Origin: Octopus sinensis
Taxonomy: Eukaryota
Length of the DNA stretch: 64,000 bases
Assembly (NCBI RefSeq): GCF_006345805.1
Contig: NC_043017.1
Span: forward strand, 16,058,001-16,122,000
Direction of reading: 5' to 3'
Shown: in pieces, positions 12,949 to 26,437 of the stretch
How positions within the stretch are numbered: position 1 is the first letter of the stretch
How the letters are laid out: the number at the start of each line of letters is the position of its first letter
Translations under genes and position numbers: made by a program
The notes under the pieces: generated by a model
Told to the model about the DNA's origin: nothing
Databases searched by the model: none
What the model saw: the letters and a program-made list of their open reading frames with translations, nothing else

Positions 12949-12950
<2 letters not shown>
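12735..12950 (-). mobile_element. Solo Penelope-type tail/pseudo-LTR fragment between (TA)n tracts
   Basis: The minus strand is homologous to the tail at 50010-50140 (gaaacgttaaaccctccttctttcctgagcgtccaataatac vs gaaacgtaaaaaacttcctcaccttcccaagcgttaaactaatac). Confidence 0.65.
12851..12885 (-). ncRNA. Minimal type-I hammerhead ribozyme-like motif (Penelope type)
   Basis: Minus strand reads gttt-CCGACGA-A-GAGC-tct-GCTC-GAAA-CG-TT-aaac: stem I gttt/aaac, stem II GAGC/GCTC, GAAA core, palindromic ACGT stem III, GUU triplet. The core has C in place of U4. Confidence 0.6.
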
Positions 12951-12994
<44 letters not shown>

Positions 12995-15900
12995 AAATAG
13001 ATATTATAATCACATCTAAACTACAACAGCCTCAACAAAATATACAATAGAGAGAGAAACTTCTTCCCCCACAAACTGAGGTAATTGTTCTCATTAGTAA
13101 AGCATCAATAAAGATGAACATCATTTACTATTTATGTTACATTTGCTGAAATGAGTTCTACATGTGACGAAGAATGTGGCTACTCAACCTGATAGAAATA
13201 GCCAACTCTCTCACCCTTGTAACACATCATCATCATCATCGTTTAGCGTCCGTTTCAACTGGGGTCTGTGAAGCCAGAAGGCTTCATCAGGCCTAGTCAG
13301 ATATGGCAGTGTTTCTACGGCTGGATGCCCTTCCTAACGCCAACCACTCCGTGAGTGTAGTGGGTGCTTTTTACGTGCCACCGGCACGAGGCCAGTCTGG
13401 GCGGCGCTGGCAACGGTCACGAACGGATGGTTCTCTTACATGCCACCGGCACTGGTAACTCATCTGCAATTTCCATTGATCGATTTCGATTCTGATCCTC
13501 TAACACACCCCTATCATTTTGAAAAGGTAAGGTGCATCAAAGGATGGACTTGGGGCTGCTAGACAATCATATTCTGTTGTGTTGTGTGTATATATTATAT
13601 ACACACACACACACACACACACATACACATGCGCGAAAACGTTTGTATGCTCTGTAAAGCATTGACATCCATACCTGTTTTTCTTTTTATTATTATAATT
13701 CTTTCCAAGGTGGTGAGCTGGTAGAATCGTTAGCACTTCAGGTGAAATGCTTCTGAGTTCAAATTCTGCCATGGTTGACTTTCGTCTTTCATCCATTCAT
13801 TAAAATAAGTACCGGTTATGCACTGGGGTTGATACAATCGACTCATCCCCTCTCCGCAAATTCCAGACCTTGTGCCTAGAGTAGAGAGGGTTATCATTTC
13901 TATTAGTTGGCGAGTATTCTGCACACTGGCCTATCCCAAGGTTGATGACCCTGCATCGTACTACACTGAAGACTGGAATAGGGTGTGCAGCTCACGAGCC
14001 TGATCTTCGGTTACATGTTGTGCTTCACAGCAGCTTTATTCGATATATTTAGGTAGAGTTGGAGAGAAGAATAGGAAGCAAGTTGTTGGTATTTCAATTA
14101 TTTCATATCCATTACAATTGTAACGGATACGAAATAAACTAGCTTTCTGCCTCTCATTCACCTCTCTTTCTGGCTTTGCTCTTCTTCATACAATAACTCT
14201 CGGTTACACCCATTTCTCTAGAGAATCCCACAGCAATGGGATCTTCACAATGGATACTACCAACAACTGCAACCTGAGAGACTAATCTGTCATGTATTCA
14301 GCACATCCACTCTTATAATCATCATTAAACTCCAGTTTCCCATCTTTGCACCAGGTCGGATGGCTTAACACTGGCTCCCAACTAACTTTTGCCTGTGGAC
14401 CACTTTGATCCCCATTTCACTTGTGTGGGCCCCAATAATTATTCAATGCTTTAAAAAAATCCTATTTATAAAACTGAACATTACTAGAAATTGTACTGAA
14501 AAAATTGTTAAAATATTTTCTGTAGAAGCATAACCAATTCATTGCACATAAATTTTAACAAAATCTTATGTGGACCCTGTCCCAAGGGGTCATAAATGCT
14601 GGTTTAAAGGGTCTGGGCTCCAGCCTCAGCTTTGCCAGGTTTCCTATGGCTTGATGCCCTTCTCAACAACAACCACTTTGCAGTGTGCATTGGGTGCTTT
14701 TCTTGTACCACCGGCACTAGTGAAGCCATCAGGTTCACTTGCAAGACAAGTTTGGAAAAGAGGAAAGACCCCACAACTAAGTAGGGCATGGAATATTAGG
14801 GGGGAGGTGCAGTAGCCTTCAGCAGATGCTGAGAAGCTAAAGTTTAATACAGGAACAAGCATGGGTGTTTTGCTGGAGAGGTGTATGGCTACACCACATG
14901 GGCTGGACAGTTCATCAGATTCTAAACCATTTCTTATTGGGAATCATCGCTCTCAGAGACAGATGCTCAGGTGTCATTTGGCTTGGTTTCTGTAGTTGGC
15001 TACCCTTCCTATTGTCAACCACGTCACAGTGGTTACTGGGTATATTTCCTTATGGCACCTGCATTAGAGAAGGTAAGAAGTCGTTGGTGAAGCTGGAGTA
15101 AAGGGACCTCACAGCCTTGTGCTTTAACTAATCAGGATAAAGACCCCTTCGTTTATGAATGACCATGGGATTGCACCTAGAAAGTCATCCTCTGAGGCAT
15201 AATTCTGGGCAAAGTTGTTTATGGAAGACCAACAGTCACCCATGCATACCAGCCTCCTGTCTCCATGCCACCAATGACGATGCAACTCATTTCTACAGGT
15301 GAGTGAACTGGAGCAACATGAGATAAAGTGTCTTGCTCAAAAACTCAACACACAGCCCGATCCGAAAATTGAACTCGTGATTGTGAGTGAGCCAGAAGCT
15401 ATAACCACTGAGCCATATTTATATATATAAATGCAATGACAGCTGATGATGATGATGATGATGATGAAGCACATCCATCATCGTAAGCCAAGTATGACTT
15501 ATCCAATTGAGAGACATAGTAGTAAGAGTGTATCATGATAAAGTTAATTAACTTAGACTCCATTTGTAATCAAGACCGGAATGTTTTTCTACAGAAACCT
15601 GCCTTTCATGTTGGTGAAAATCCCCACCCATTTGGTTAGCTCCTAATGTCCAATGACCCTGTGGTCACCTTCCAACCAAACTGGGATCACACTCTCAATT
15701 ACGGAAGAAACCTCGATATGGCTGCTTGGAAATGACAAAGTTTCTATATAATGTATCATTATCATCATCATTTAATGTCCACTTTCCCACGCCTGCATGG
15801 GTCAGATGGCATTTGTGGGTGGCAAGTTTTCTATGGCCAGATGCCCTTCTCTGTTGTCACCTGTTTCCAAGCTAATTAATATTTTTCCAGTGTCGCTTGT

Positions 15901-16587
15901 ATGACAGTGATGCTTATTTACAACCGTCACATGATGACTAGACAAGGATACACACACACACACATGTGCTACATAAAATGCACCAAGTACGTTCTGTGAA
16001 GTGGTTGGCATTAGGAAGGGCATCGCAGTCATAGAAACCAGGCCAAAACAGACAACTGGAGCCTGGTGCAGCTCTCTGGCTTACCTGCTCCTGTCAAAAC
16101 ATCCTACCCATGCCAGCATGGAAGACAGACGTTAAATGATGATGATAACGATTAACGATATATATACATCTAATGGACTTCTTTCAGTCTGTCAACGAAA
16201 CCCACACTTATAAGGTTTTAGTTAGCCTGTGGCTGTAGTAGAAGGTGCTGCTGCACAGTGGGACTGAACCGAAGACCATATTGATTGGAAGTAATCTTCT
16301 GAGCCAAAGACGACAAAGAGAAGACTGACTCAGCTCTCGGATAAAAACACATTTCAACACAACAACAGAAATGAGGACTGACAAAAGAGGCATCGATGAC
16401 ACTGGATCCAGTTGAACCAACCCGACACAACACTGTGCGACATAATGGTGTCGCTGTGCCAACAATCACTTTTCTCTCTCCGTTTCCTTCGTCCAGAAAT
16501 ATTTCTACAGTTATCGAACAGAAAGTTTCAATAAAGCTAAAATAAATATTGAACAAGAGACAACAAACAGGTGTTGAAATACCCAGA

Positions 16588-16626
<39 letters not shown>

Positions 16627-16968
16627 AAAAGTTTAAGCTATAAACATCACTGGAAGTACGGGCAGCCAGACTGACTCCCTATGAGCACCTAGGGGTCAAG
16701 CGCCTTCTATGCCAGCCTCAGACTGACCAGAGCATGAATAAGTGACATTACAAAGAAACAAACCATGTGGACAGCCACACATTTCAAAGGATTTATTTAC
16801 ACAGCTATTGGACACACGTTTCCATATCAGATATTTAGAAGATAAATACCTATCATTCTGCCAGGAATTGAAAATCTAAATAAATGGTTTTCAAACGAAG
16901 TTAAATACAGTGTTTGTTACAAAAAAAAAAAAAAATCTTTAAACATTTTGATATATACTCCACTGAAT

Positions 16969-17015
<47 letters not shown>

Positions 17016-17229
17016 TGTGTATGTGTATCCCAGTATCGACCAGACAATCAGATGTGGTTGCACACTGCTGGTCACAATGCACTTCCAACTCTTTCTTGAG
17101 TGTGCCATTCTTTTCCATCCTAACCCAAACTGCTTAACTAAATCATCTTCCTCCCGTCATGGAAGCCTTTTCTGATTTCTTGGATACCACTTGACAACCA
17201 GCATATATCTATATCTATATATATACACA

Positions 17230-17268
<39 letters not shown>

Positions 17269-19412
17269 TATAGTATAGTCTGGCTTTAGATTAAGCACAC
17301 AATATCCCAATCTGGCCATAAAACACAAACAATACTGAGTACTTCATTGTCTGTGTAAGCCTTGTTCTAACACACATTTAGCATCATTGTCATTGTTTCT
17401 TTACATCTGTTTCCCTGCTGAGATGGGTTGGATGGGGTCAGGCTAGTTACAGACAGCACATATTTGAAGGTTTCTTCTCAGCTAGGTGGGTTAGAGGACC
17501 TCACCTCACTCATGTTTCAGTTTTTGCCTGGTTTTAACAACTGGATGCCCTTCCTAACACCAACTACTTTTCTGAGTGGATTGCATGCATTTGGTCAAAT
17601 GAGCCACCTGAACAGGTTTTGAGATGGGTTGAAGAGGTTGAGTGATGAGCAATGCAATGTAGATGAGAGGGTCAGATAGGTGTAGTGACATCCTTAGTTA
17701 CACTGGAAGCAAAGTGTGGTGTCTATGGATAAAAACATCATTGTTTTAACATCCACCCTTGCATGCTCACATGGGTTGAATGGAGTTTATTGAGAGATTT
17801 TCTATGCCTGGATGCCCTTCCTGTTGCAAACCTTCATCTGTATCCAAGCAAGGTAATATTTCCTGATGACCAGACATGTTCTTGCAGATGATTGGAAATA
17901 ATGCCATTCATTTACAACAATCACAAAATGCCAAAAGGAGATACAAAAACACGCAATGATACAATCGAAATCAATAAAAAAAAAATCAATGGAAATTGTA
18001 GTTGTGATACCAGTGCCGGTGGCACGTAAAAAGCACCATCCAAACATGGCCAATGCCAGCCCTGCCTTGACTGGCTTCCGTGCTGGTGGCATGTAAAAAG
18101 CACCAACCGATCGTGGCCGTTGCCAGCCTCGCCTGGCACATAAAAAGCACCCACTACACTCACAGAGTAGTTGGCGTTAGGAAGGGCATCAGGCTGTAGA
18201 AACACTGCCAGATTAGATAGGAGCTTGGTGCCACCCCCTGGCTTCCCAGACCCTGGTGGAACCGTCCAACCCATGCCAGCATGGAAAACGGACGTTAAAC
18301 TATGATGATGATACATACGTATACACACAATGATTTGTATCCCTCAGCCTTCATCCACCCAAATTAACTCACAAGAGCTTGGTTGGCCTGGGGATACTGT
18401 AGAAGACACCTGCACAAGGTGTCACATGGGAAGTAATATGGAAAAAACTGAAGTGCTCCTGCATGGCCACAACTGAAAGCAGAGAAAATGCTCCCCTCTT
18501 TGTCCTTACCAATTTGAGGCAACATGAGAGGATTGACATCTAGAATATCATGCTGCATACACGCACAACATTTGTCTCTTATTTTGCCCTTTGGGAGAAA
18601 AAAAAAATTCCAGGAAGGGCTAGTTAGAAGCTAGGTTAATTCTGTGAGTGGGGTGGATGTAATAATAAACTGCTCAGATAATAATTGCTTTTAATTATTT
18701 TAACTGGAACAGTTGCAGAACCCATGGTCAGATCTTGAGGCCCTGCCAGACTAGTGATGGTTTTGATGTTTGTGCTTCAACTTCTGTGGATTGATGTGTC
18801 AGCAACAGATAGACGAATGGGGTCGCATAGGGTGTTGTTGCTCCCAAAATGAAGGATGTGAAAAAAAGAAATCTAAACAAATGCCCAGAAGAGGTTGGAT
18901 AGGAAGACAGGGGTTTATAGCAATGAATTCAGGCAGGAAGAACAGAATCATCATCCGACCGTTTAGCATCAAGATTGCCGTTAGACATAATGCTTCATGT
19001 TGTTTATCTTTAGAACGACATTGTAGGATAGGTGTGAAAGGCTGGATTTGGTCAGTCTGAACAAAAAATGCTAAGAAGTTTGCTCCCCAATTGCATGGGT
19101 TCAGTGCCACCTCCAGCAAGTGTCTTCTGCTATAGTCCTGGGGCAACCAAAGCTTTGTGAGTGGATTTGGTAGACAGAAAGTGAAAGAAGCCTGCTGTAT
19201 ATATTGTACATACAAAAATACACATACATGTGTGTGAATGTCTCCTTGCCTTGACATCACATGACTGTTGTAAACAAGTATCACCGACATACAAGCAGTG
19301 TTCACCGTTACCTAATATTCTGCAAAAACACGCCTGGCCGTTGGGAAATATTACTCTGCTTGGAAAGAAGTGAGGGTTGGCAACAGACCATGGAGAATTT
19401 GCCTCAATAGAC

Positions 19413-19662
19413 CAGGGCTGTGGAGTTGAGACAAAGGACTCAAACTCCTTTACTTGTTGGTGACTCCGACTCCTCTTTATGTAATCAAGTGATTGTGGTC
19501 TACACATCCAATAAAGCATACGCTTGTACTTTGAGTAGGTCTACCTCTTATAAATGGTTTATATTAAAGAATAAAGATACTGTGAGTCAGAGTCAGTAAA
19601 ACCATACCGACTCTGACTCCAGCTACCCCTTAATTGTTTCCGACTCCAACTTCACAGGCCTG
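19413..19662. mobile_element. hAT-type MITE with internal GACTCC repeats
   Basis: TIR cagggctgtggag / cttcacaggcctg; 8-bp TSD caatagac/caataaac (7/8). Confidence 0.7.
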
Positions 19663-21487
19663 CAATAAACACATCCTGACTCCTATCTGAGTATGGAAAA
19701 GGGGATGCTAAGACAAAGATGATTTCATTCTAAAATGGTGTGTAGGAGGAATTTGTAACCATTCAAATGATTTACAGGTTCAACAAAAGATAGAAATTAC
19801 AAAAGGTTGGCCTGGAAGAATATATTTACAATATAAGCCATTACCTCATTGTTTGGACAGGTTGTTAAGGATATTCTTTGATTCAGTCAAGCAAACTGAC
19901 CCAGGACTTTTTCTTTAAAGACTGGTAATTATTCTGTCAGTCACTTTTGCCAAACTTCTAAGTCATTGGGATGTAAACACACCAACACTGGTTGTGAAGC
20001 AGTGGTGCAGGAGAAACATGACATGCACTTCTCAGTTTCCATCTGCTAAATCCACTTACAAGGATTTGGTTGGCCCAAGGCACTTGGCCAAGGTGTGTCA
20101 CACAGTGGGACCGAACCCAGAATCATTTGGTTGGGAAGCAAACTTCTTACCATACAGCCGTCAGTTCTGATTTCAAATTCATCTCTTTTTATTGACAGGT
20201 GAGGGAAGACAATTTGCTTGTTTGCTTTTAGCACGAGGCCTTCCTTTCACAGAGCACACCAGCATCAGACAGATTACCCCCAAATACACACCACAAAACT
20301 AAACAGAGTTCACTTGTCTGGCTTTTTCCATTTGACCAACACCAGAGGCTCTCTCTCTATTCCTGGCAGGTGGAAGAGAAAGTGATGGCAGAATTTGCAA
20401 GAGCAAGACAGATTGATGGTGTACAGACGGAATCTTCTAAACAGGTGTTCATGGGGGTGGGGGAGTCATTCTCTGCAGGTGACACATGTCAATCCAAAGA
20501 CTCTCCTAATTAACTAATTAATTATGCCTGACTCGACATTAATTGAAAAAATCTGAGGTTAAGGTCATAAATCTTAACCTCAGACTTCAAGTAAATGTTA
20601 ATAATAATGGTTTCAAATTTTAGCACAAGGCCAGCAATTTCTGGAGCAGGTGGGGGAGAGTCAGTTGCAAATGACTTCCACGGCTCAACTGATAATTATT
20701 TTTATGAGCCTGAAAGGACCAAAGGCAAAGTTAACCTTGGTGGAATTTGAACTCAGAATGCAGCAGTATTTTGCTTGCAGTGCTAACGATTCTGCTGTTT
20801 CTCATTTCGGCACGTCAGCAATTTTGAGGGGAGGGAGCAGATTAATGCCACGGATCCCGGCACATGACAAGCACTTTATTTTACTGACCCCCAAAGGAAT
20901 AAAAGGTAAGGCTCACCTAGGTGGGATTTGAACTCGGAAAGAGAACAACTGCTTCATGGAATTTTTTCCAAATGATTCTGCAAACTTGCAGCTTTGTTTC
21001 CTATTTACGAACAAAACCTGCAATTTTGCGGGGAAGGAGGTTAGCTGATATTATCGACCCCAGAGGGATGAAGGGCCAAAGTTGACCTCAGCAGAATTTG
21101 AACGCAGAATATAAAGGAATGAAACAAAAGACATTCTGAAGAATTGCCTTTTAGTTATGCAAAAACTAAAATATGTTGTATTTTAGAGGTGTTTATTTCT
21201 AAGGCCGAATTTCTCTCGCCAGGAAGATATTTCCTAGAAATAACAGATAAGTTTTCCTCAAATAACACCGAACTTTAAAAATGCTGCTGATTATTGTTAA
21301 GTTATCCACTTCAGAGCTGACCTGGGTTAAATAACAAGGCACGAACACAAGACATATGTGTTTGGATCTCATAGACCTCCTTTATGTGGAATGGAAGAAC
21401 GCAGAAACGTGAGGAACTGAGAAGGAGCAACGGACTGAAGCATCCACTTCAAACGGACAATATACTCCTTTATTACCCACGGTTGTA

Positions 21488-21535
<48 letters not shown>

Positions 21536-22529
21536 AATGTTGAAAACACATGGTTGAAGAATTACATAAAAGTAGACACATATTGGTAAGACAGGCTGGG
21601 ATCTATAATACTGTATCATATATATATGTATATAAACACATACATATATAATAATGTGTGCATACATTGATAACACATGGTTGAAGACTTTACAAAAGTA
21701 CAGAGACAGACAGACGTGTGTGGTACACTCAAGGGTGTCCTAAAAACCACTAAAGAGGTTTGAAATCTTAATAACCTTTAATTAACACACAAAAACTAAT
21801 GATTTGTTCAATCAATTGGTGAGTTTAAGGATATATGTGTATATATATGTGTATATATGTACATACTGTGGAACTTCTGGTATGGAGGAACAAAAAAGCC
21901 GTTGTCTTAAACGTGCATGTCTTGATTCAAATATTTAATAATTAGTAAAAAAGACATAATAATTAATTAATTAATCAAAGCTATTAATATATAAACAATT
22001 GTGAAACAGAAACGGTCGAAAAGAAATTTGTTTTTAAAGCAGTTTCACTCTGATCTTTCTCACGTTGTGATTTCATATCCGTCCCGGATGAAAGGAACTT
22101 CGAAGCAGCTAGAAACAGCAGCCAAATCCACCTCCCAACATCACAGCTGAGAGTCTTTGATAATGATTTAAACGGGGAGAGGTGCTAGATAAAGTGATTA
22201 GAGACAGAATACACCTGAATAGAAGACAGGATGGTCACGACCGGGACATTGTTTAATGATGGTAAGGTTTCTCTTGTTACATCAGGACTGACCTGGGACT
22301 TGGAGCTGAACAATCTTTGGACGAATAAACGACATTCATGCCTCTTCGTTAGGAATTTACCATTAATACAAGTTCATTTAACGAGATTTTACGCTTAATT
22401 TTGGTTTCTTTGAGGGGTTTTTTTGCGTCTTTTGATTGGAAAATGTGATTTTTTTTTGTTTGTGAAACACGAGAGAAAATGTTTTTGTTGGTGAATAAAA
22501 TGCAATAACGGTAAATAAGAGGACGGATT

Positions 22530-23200
22530 AGGATGGGATTAGAGGGAAGAGAAGGGATTAGGAGAGAAATCGGAGAGGCTGAGATAATGGAAGGAATTGT
22601 GTTACTTACGGGAAATGGAGGCAAAACACGAAGAAGAAGAAACACGAAGAAGACGACGATCGGAGACGGATTCTTTGGTGGGAAACAGAGAGTTCAATAT
22701 GGCGGTAGTGTGGGATATTGCGTGAGGAGTGGTGATAGGAGAGGATAGCGAGGGAGGGAGAGAGAGAAATAGTGACTGAGTGCGAGAGGGGGACAGCGAT
22801 GGAGGACGGAGAGGAAAGAAGTGAGAGGAGTATATAGGAGAGAGAGAGGAGCGAGAGAAGAAGGGGAGTGAGTAAAGAAGGAGTGGGAGAGAGAGACAGG
22901 AGAGGTAGTGATGTAGAAGAAGGAGTAAAAGAGTGAGAGGAGTGATAAGGAAAGAGAGAAAGAAGAGTAAGACAGAGAAGAATGAGGGAAGTAGAGTTAG
23001 AAAAAGACAGATCAGAGTGAAAGAGAGAGGAGGAAGGGAAAGTAAGAGGGTAAGAGAGAGGAGGAAGGGAAAGTAAGAGAGAAAGAGTGGGTGGTAGAGA
23101 AGTAAAAAAGAAAGAGAAGCAGAGACAGAGAAGTGTAATATTCACTTCCGGTTAGACAGTGCGGAGCGGGGTTTACCGGTGTAACAGTTTAGTAGTTTAA
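22530..23200. promoter_or_regulatory. Putative promoter region: about 600-bp GA-rich polypurine tract followed by an ETS-like CACTTCCGG motif (about 23142-23150) and CpG-rich sequence
   Basis: Purine/pyrimidine strand asymmetry, ETS core and local CpG enrichment are visible. The region lies between the divergently oriented PRPF38B and glutaredoxin genes. Promoter function is inferred. Confidence 0.35.
22610..22700 (-). other. Candidate non-coding first exon of PRPF38B
   Basis: CpG-containing unique sequence ending in a strong donor ccc|gtaagt (22609). The PRPF38B ATG exon begins with an acceptor, so an upstream exon must exist. Assigning it to this site is inference; an alternative donor atg|gtaaat lies at 22360. 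Confidence 0.3.
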
Positions 23201-23853
23201 TGGTTTAATGGGTTAGACGCACTGTTTTTTTTTATTTGAGTGATTTTCTTAAACGGACATTCTCTTATTCCAGAACGAACTTGTTTCTTTTGTCTGTTGT
23301 TCTTCGTCCATGTCTGCACGTGTATGTGTGTATCTGTGTCTGTATATTTACATAGATATATATATAAAGAGGAAAAAAACAGACGATGATGTGTAGTGAT
23401 GTTTATTCATTTATAAAAAACAGGGCGTTTTGTCTGAATTTCGCCCGAAAGAGATTCGGAAACATGCGCACTCGAGTGTGTGGTAAGAACTTTGCTCCCC
23501 ACCTGCTTGGTTCCGGGTTCAGCCCCATCTTCCGTGGGGGCCTTCTACTATATAGCCCGGACCGACCAAAGCCTTGAGAATGGATTTGGATTTGGTTGAC
23601 GGAAACTGAAAGAAGCCCGTCGTATGTATGTATGTATTATGTAAGACCTTGTGTTTGTCTTTGTTCCGCATTGCTGTTTGACAACCGGTGTTGGTGTGTT
23701 TACGTCCCCGTAACAGCGATTCGGCAAAAGAGACCTATAGAATAAGTACCAGGTTTAAAAAATGATACTGGGGTTGATTCGCTCAAACAAAATGCCCCAG
23801 GATGGCCGCGGTCCAATGCCGGAAATAAGTAAAAAAAAAGAAAAATATCTATC

Positions 23854-23941
<88 letters not shown>

Positions 23942-24719
23942 GTGTGTGTCTGTCTGTATGCATGTATGTATAATTGTGTGTGTGTGTAGTAAATTGTCGA
24001 TGTGGTGGACAAATTGGAAGGGAAACTGCGGAATCGAAGATTGAAACTAAAAGACGTGGATGCTGTTCTGCAATATTCTTGGAATAAAATGAAGTCTTAA
24101 TACACTCCGCATTCCTACTTCCATACAAAAAATATCTCTTCTGGTTATATACCAGGGTTCGACGATTTATATATTTTCTGACTGTAATTATTTAATCTAA
24201 TAAAAGGGGAGATTTTTTTTGAAAAGCAGTAATTGTTTTTGAAGAGCGGAAACAAGAGAACGAAGAAAGAAGACAGATCACGGCGCGTACAGAGTGAAAG
24301 TTGTGTGTGAGCATTTCTTGGAAACGGCAACAAATACCTGGAAAAGAGTTTTCTCTTTTCATTTGCTGTGGTGGTTAAGATGCTCTCTTTGCGACCATAT
24401 GGTTTCAGGTTCTGACCACACACACACACACACTATGTGTGCGTATGAACGTGTCTGTGTTTGTGTTCCCCCCCCCCCCATACCGTTTACATCTCCTTAA
24501 CCTAACGGTTCGGTTAAAGTGACCGATGGAATAAATAAATGGCTTGAAAGAATAATGACCAGGGTCAAATTGTTTGACTAAGCTGGGTATGGACAACCCT
24601 TTTTCGAGAAGTGGACTGCATGAGACATTGCTCGTCCTCAGGCAGGCCACACAGCTAAAAAAAATTCAAGGTAATTCTTCATTAGGTGCTCCATACAGAA
24701 ACTCCCGCGGGCCGCACTG

Positions 24720-25365
24720 CACCCTCCCCCGCCTTCATGGTCAAAGGAAGGCGGTGACGATCTTCACCATAGATAGTTGGATCTGTCCTGTGCGCGATAG
24801 TAAATGTTCGACATAACTCTATAAGTCAGCAATAGTCGGACACTGGTCAAGTGCTTGCGGAATAGATTTTGGTCGCTCTGCATGCTTCCTGCACAGGCCC
24901 AACTGACTGCACTTCCATGCTTATAAGAGTTTTTCTCGAACCAACAATGTCCTCAAGTAGCACTGCTGCTAGACCAGGGATTTCTGGAAATTATCCATGG
25001 GCTCTGGCCCAAAAGTCCTCCAGAATAGATCAACCGGTTGATTTTCGTCGGCGCCCAGTTTCCCTGCAAATGTCATCGCTCTGGTCCACCACTGACCCTT
25101 TATAAAACACCAGCGAGGAACTTCCACTGGTTGCATTGCCCGACTGACACGAGGTTGTGAGTGCTTGGCAACATTGCTCTGTCTTTTGATTTTGACAAAA
25201 GAGGTTGTGTGGTGGTCCAAATTATAAGGTTTGAAGACAGACACCTTCATTTTTGGCCAAACCTTCGTCATTCTTTTAGGTTTCACTTGAAAAGGAAAGT
25301 GAAGGTGGAGAAGGGCGGTCGTTCAACAAATTTGTTGAAAGGTCGACGAGAGTTGAGAGTAACAT
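24720..25365. mobile_element. Tx1-like LINE ORF2 3' remnant with an internal inversion
   Basis: Minus strand 25260->24720 gives FWRTFGPEPMDNFQKSL, KNSYKHGSAVSWAC, QCPTIADL*SYVEHLLSR, SPPSFDHEG. Plus strand 25254->25365 gives the downstream FRFHLKRKVKVE..SFNKFVER. Clade assignment is from recalled similarity only. Confidence 0.6.
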
Positions 25366-25808
25366 GGCATTCCGTCAGCAAATACGATGACACTTTGGTT
25401 GTCCCTATCAATGGAACAGGGAAATTAACGTGCAAGTGACTGAGTACTCCGCGGACACACGTACCCTTAACGTAGTTCTCGGGGAGATTCAATATGATAC
25501 AGAATGAGCCTCCTTTGAAATACAGGTACAACTCGTATTTGCCAGCTGAGTGGACTGGAGCAACCACCACCACCACCACCACCATAATTTTTTTTCAATT
25601 CTTTATGTTCTTAGATCAAATACTGCTGAGATCAACTTTGCCTTTCATCTTTCCAAACTCGGTAACAAAGTTCTCGTCAAATACTGTAAAATTGCATTCA
25701 TTACTTTAAAATATTACGAGTATTTTCTTTATTAATCGAAATAAAATATATTAAAAGATAAAAAAATATAAAACAATCTCTCAAGAACTAAGACTGAACG
25801 AAATATTA

Positions 25809-26400
25809 GGCGCAGACGTGGCTGTTTGGTAAGAAGCTTGCTTCCCAACCACATGGTTCCGGGTTCAGTCCCACTGCCTGGCAGCTTGGGCAAGTGTCTT
25901 CTACTATAGCCTCGGGTCTACCAAAGCCTTGTAAGTGGATTTGGTAAACGGGAACATACATATATACACATACATGCACACAGACATATACACAATACAC
26001 ATGTAGATATATGCATACACACACATACATGCACACATATATACATGCATACATAAATACATACATAGATACATACATAAATACATACGTGCATATATAC
26101 ATGCATGCATACATACATACATACATACATACATACACACACACATACATACACACACACATACATACATACATACATACATATATGTACGTGTGTCTTT
26201 GTTCCCCCACCGCTTGACAACCGGTGTTTGTGTGTTTATGTCTCAGTAACGTTAGCGGTTTGGCAAAAGGAACTGATAGAATAAGTACCAGGCTCTAAAG
26301 AAGTGAGAACTGGTGTTGGTTTCTTTGACTAAAAATTCTCGAAGGCTGTGCTCCAGCCTGGCCGTTGTCCGATGACCGAAACGGGTAAAATATGAAAGAA
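25809..26400 (+). mobile_element. SINE family A, full-length copy
   Basis: Head ggcgcagacgtggctg, (TACA)n/(CA)n core, conserved 3' part. Confidence 0.85.
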
Positions 26401-26437
26401 AAGAAACAGTTAGTTTTGATGACACGGGTATACTTTA

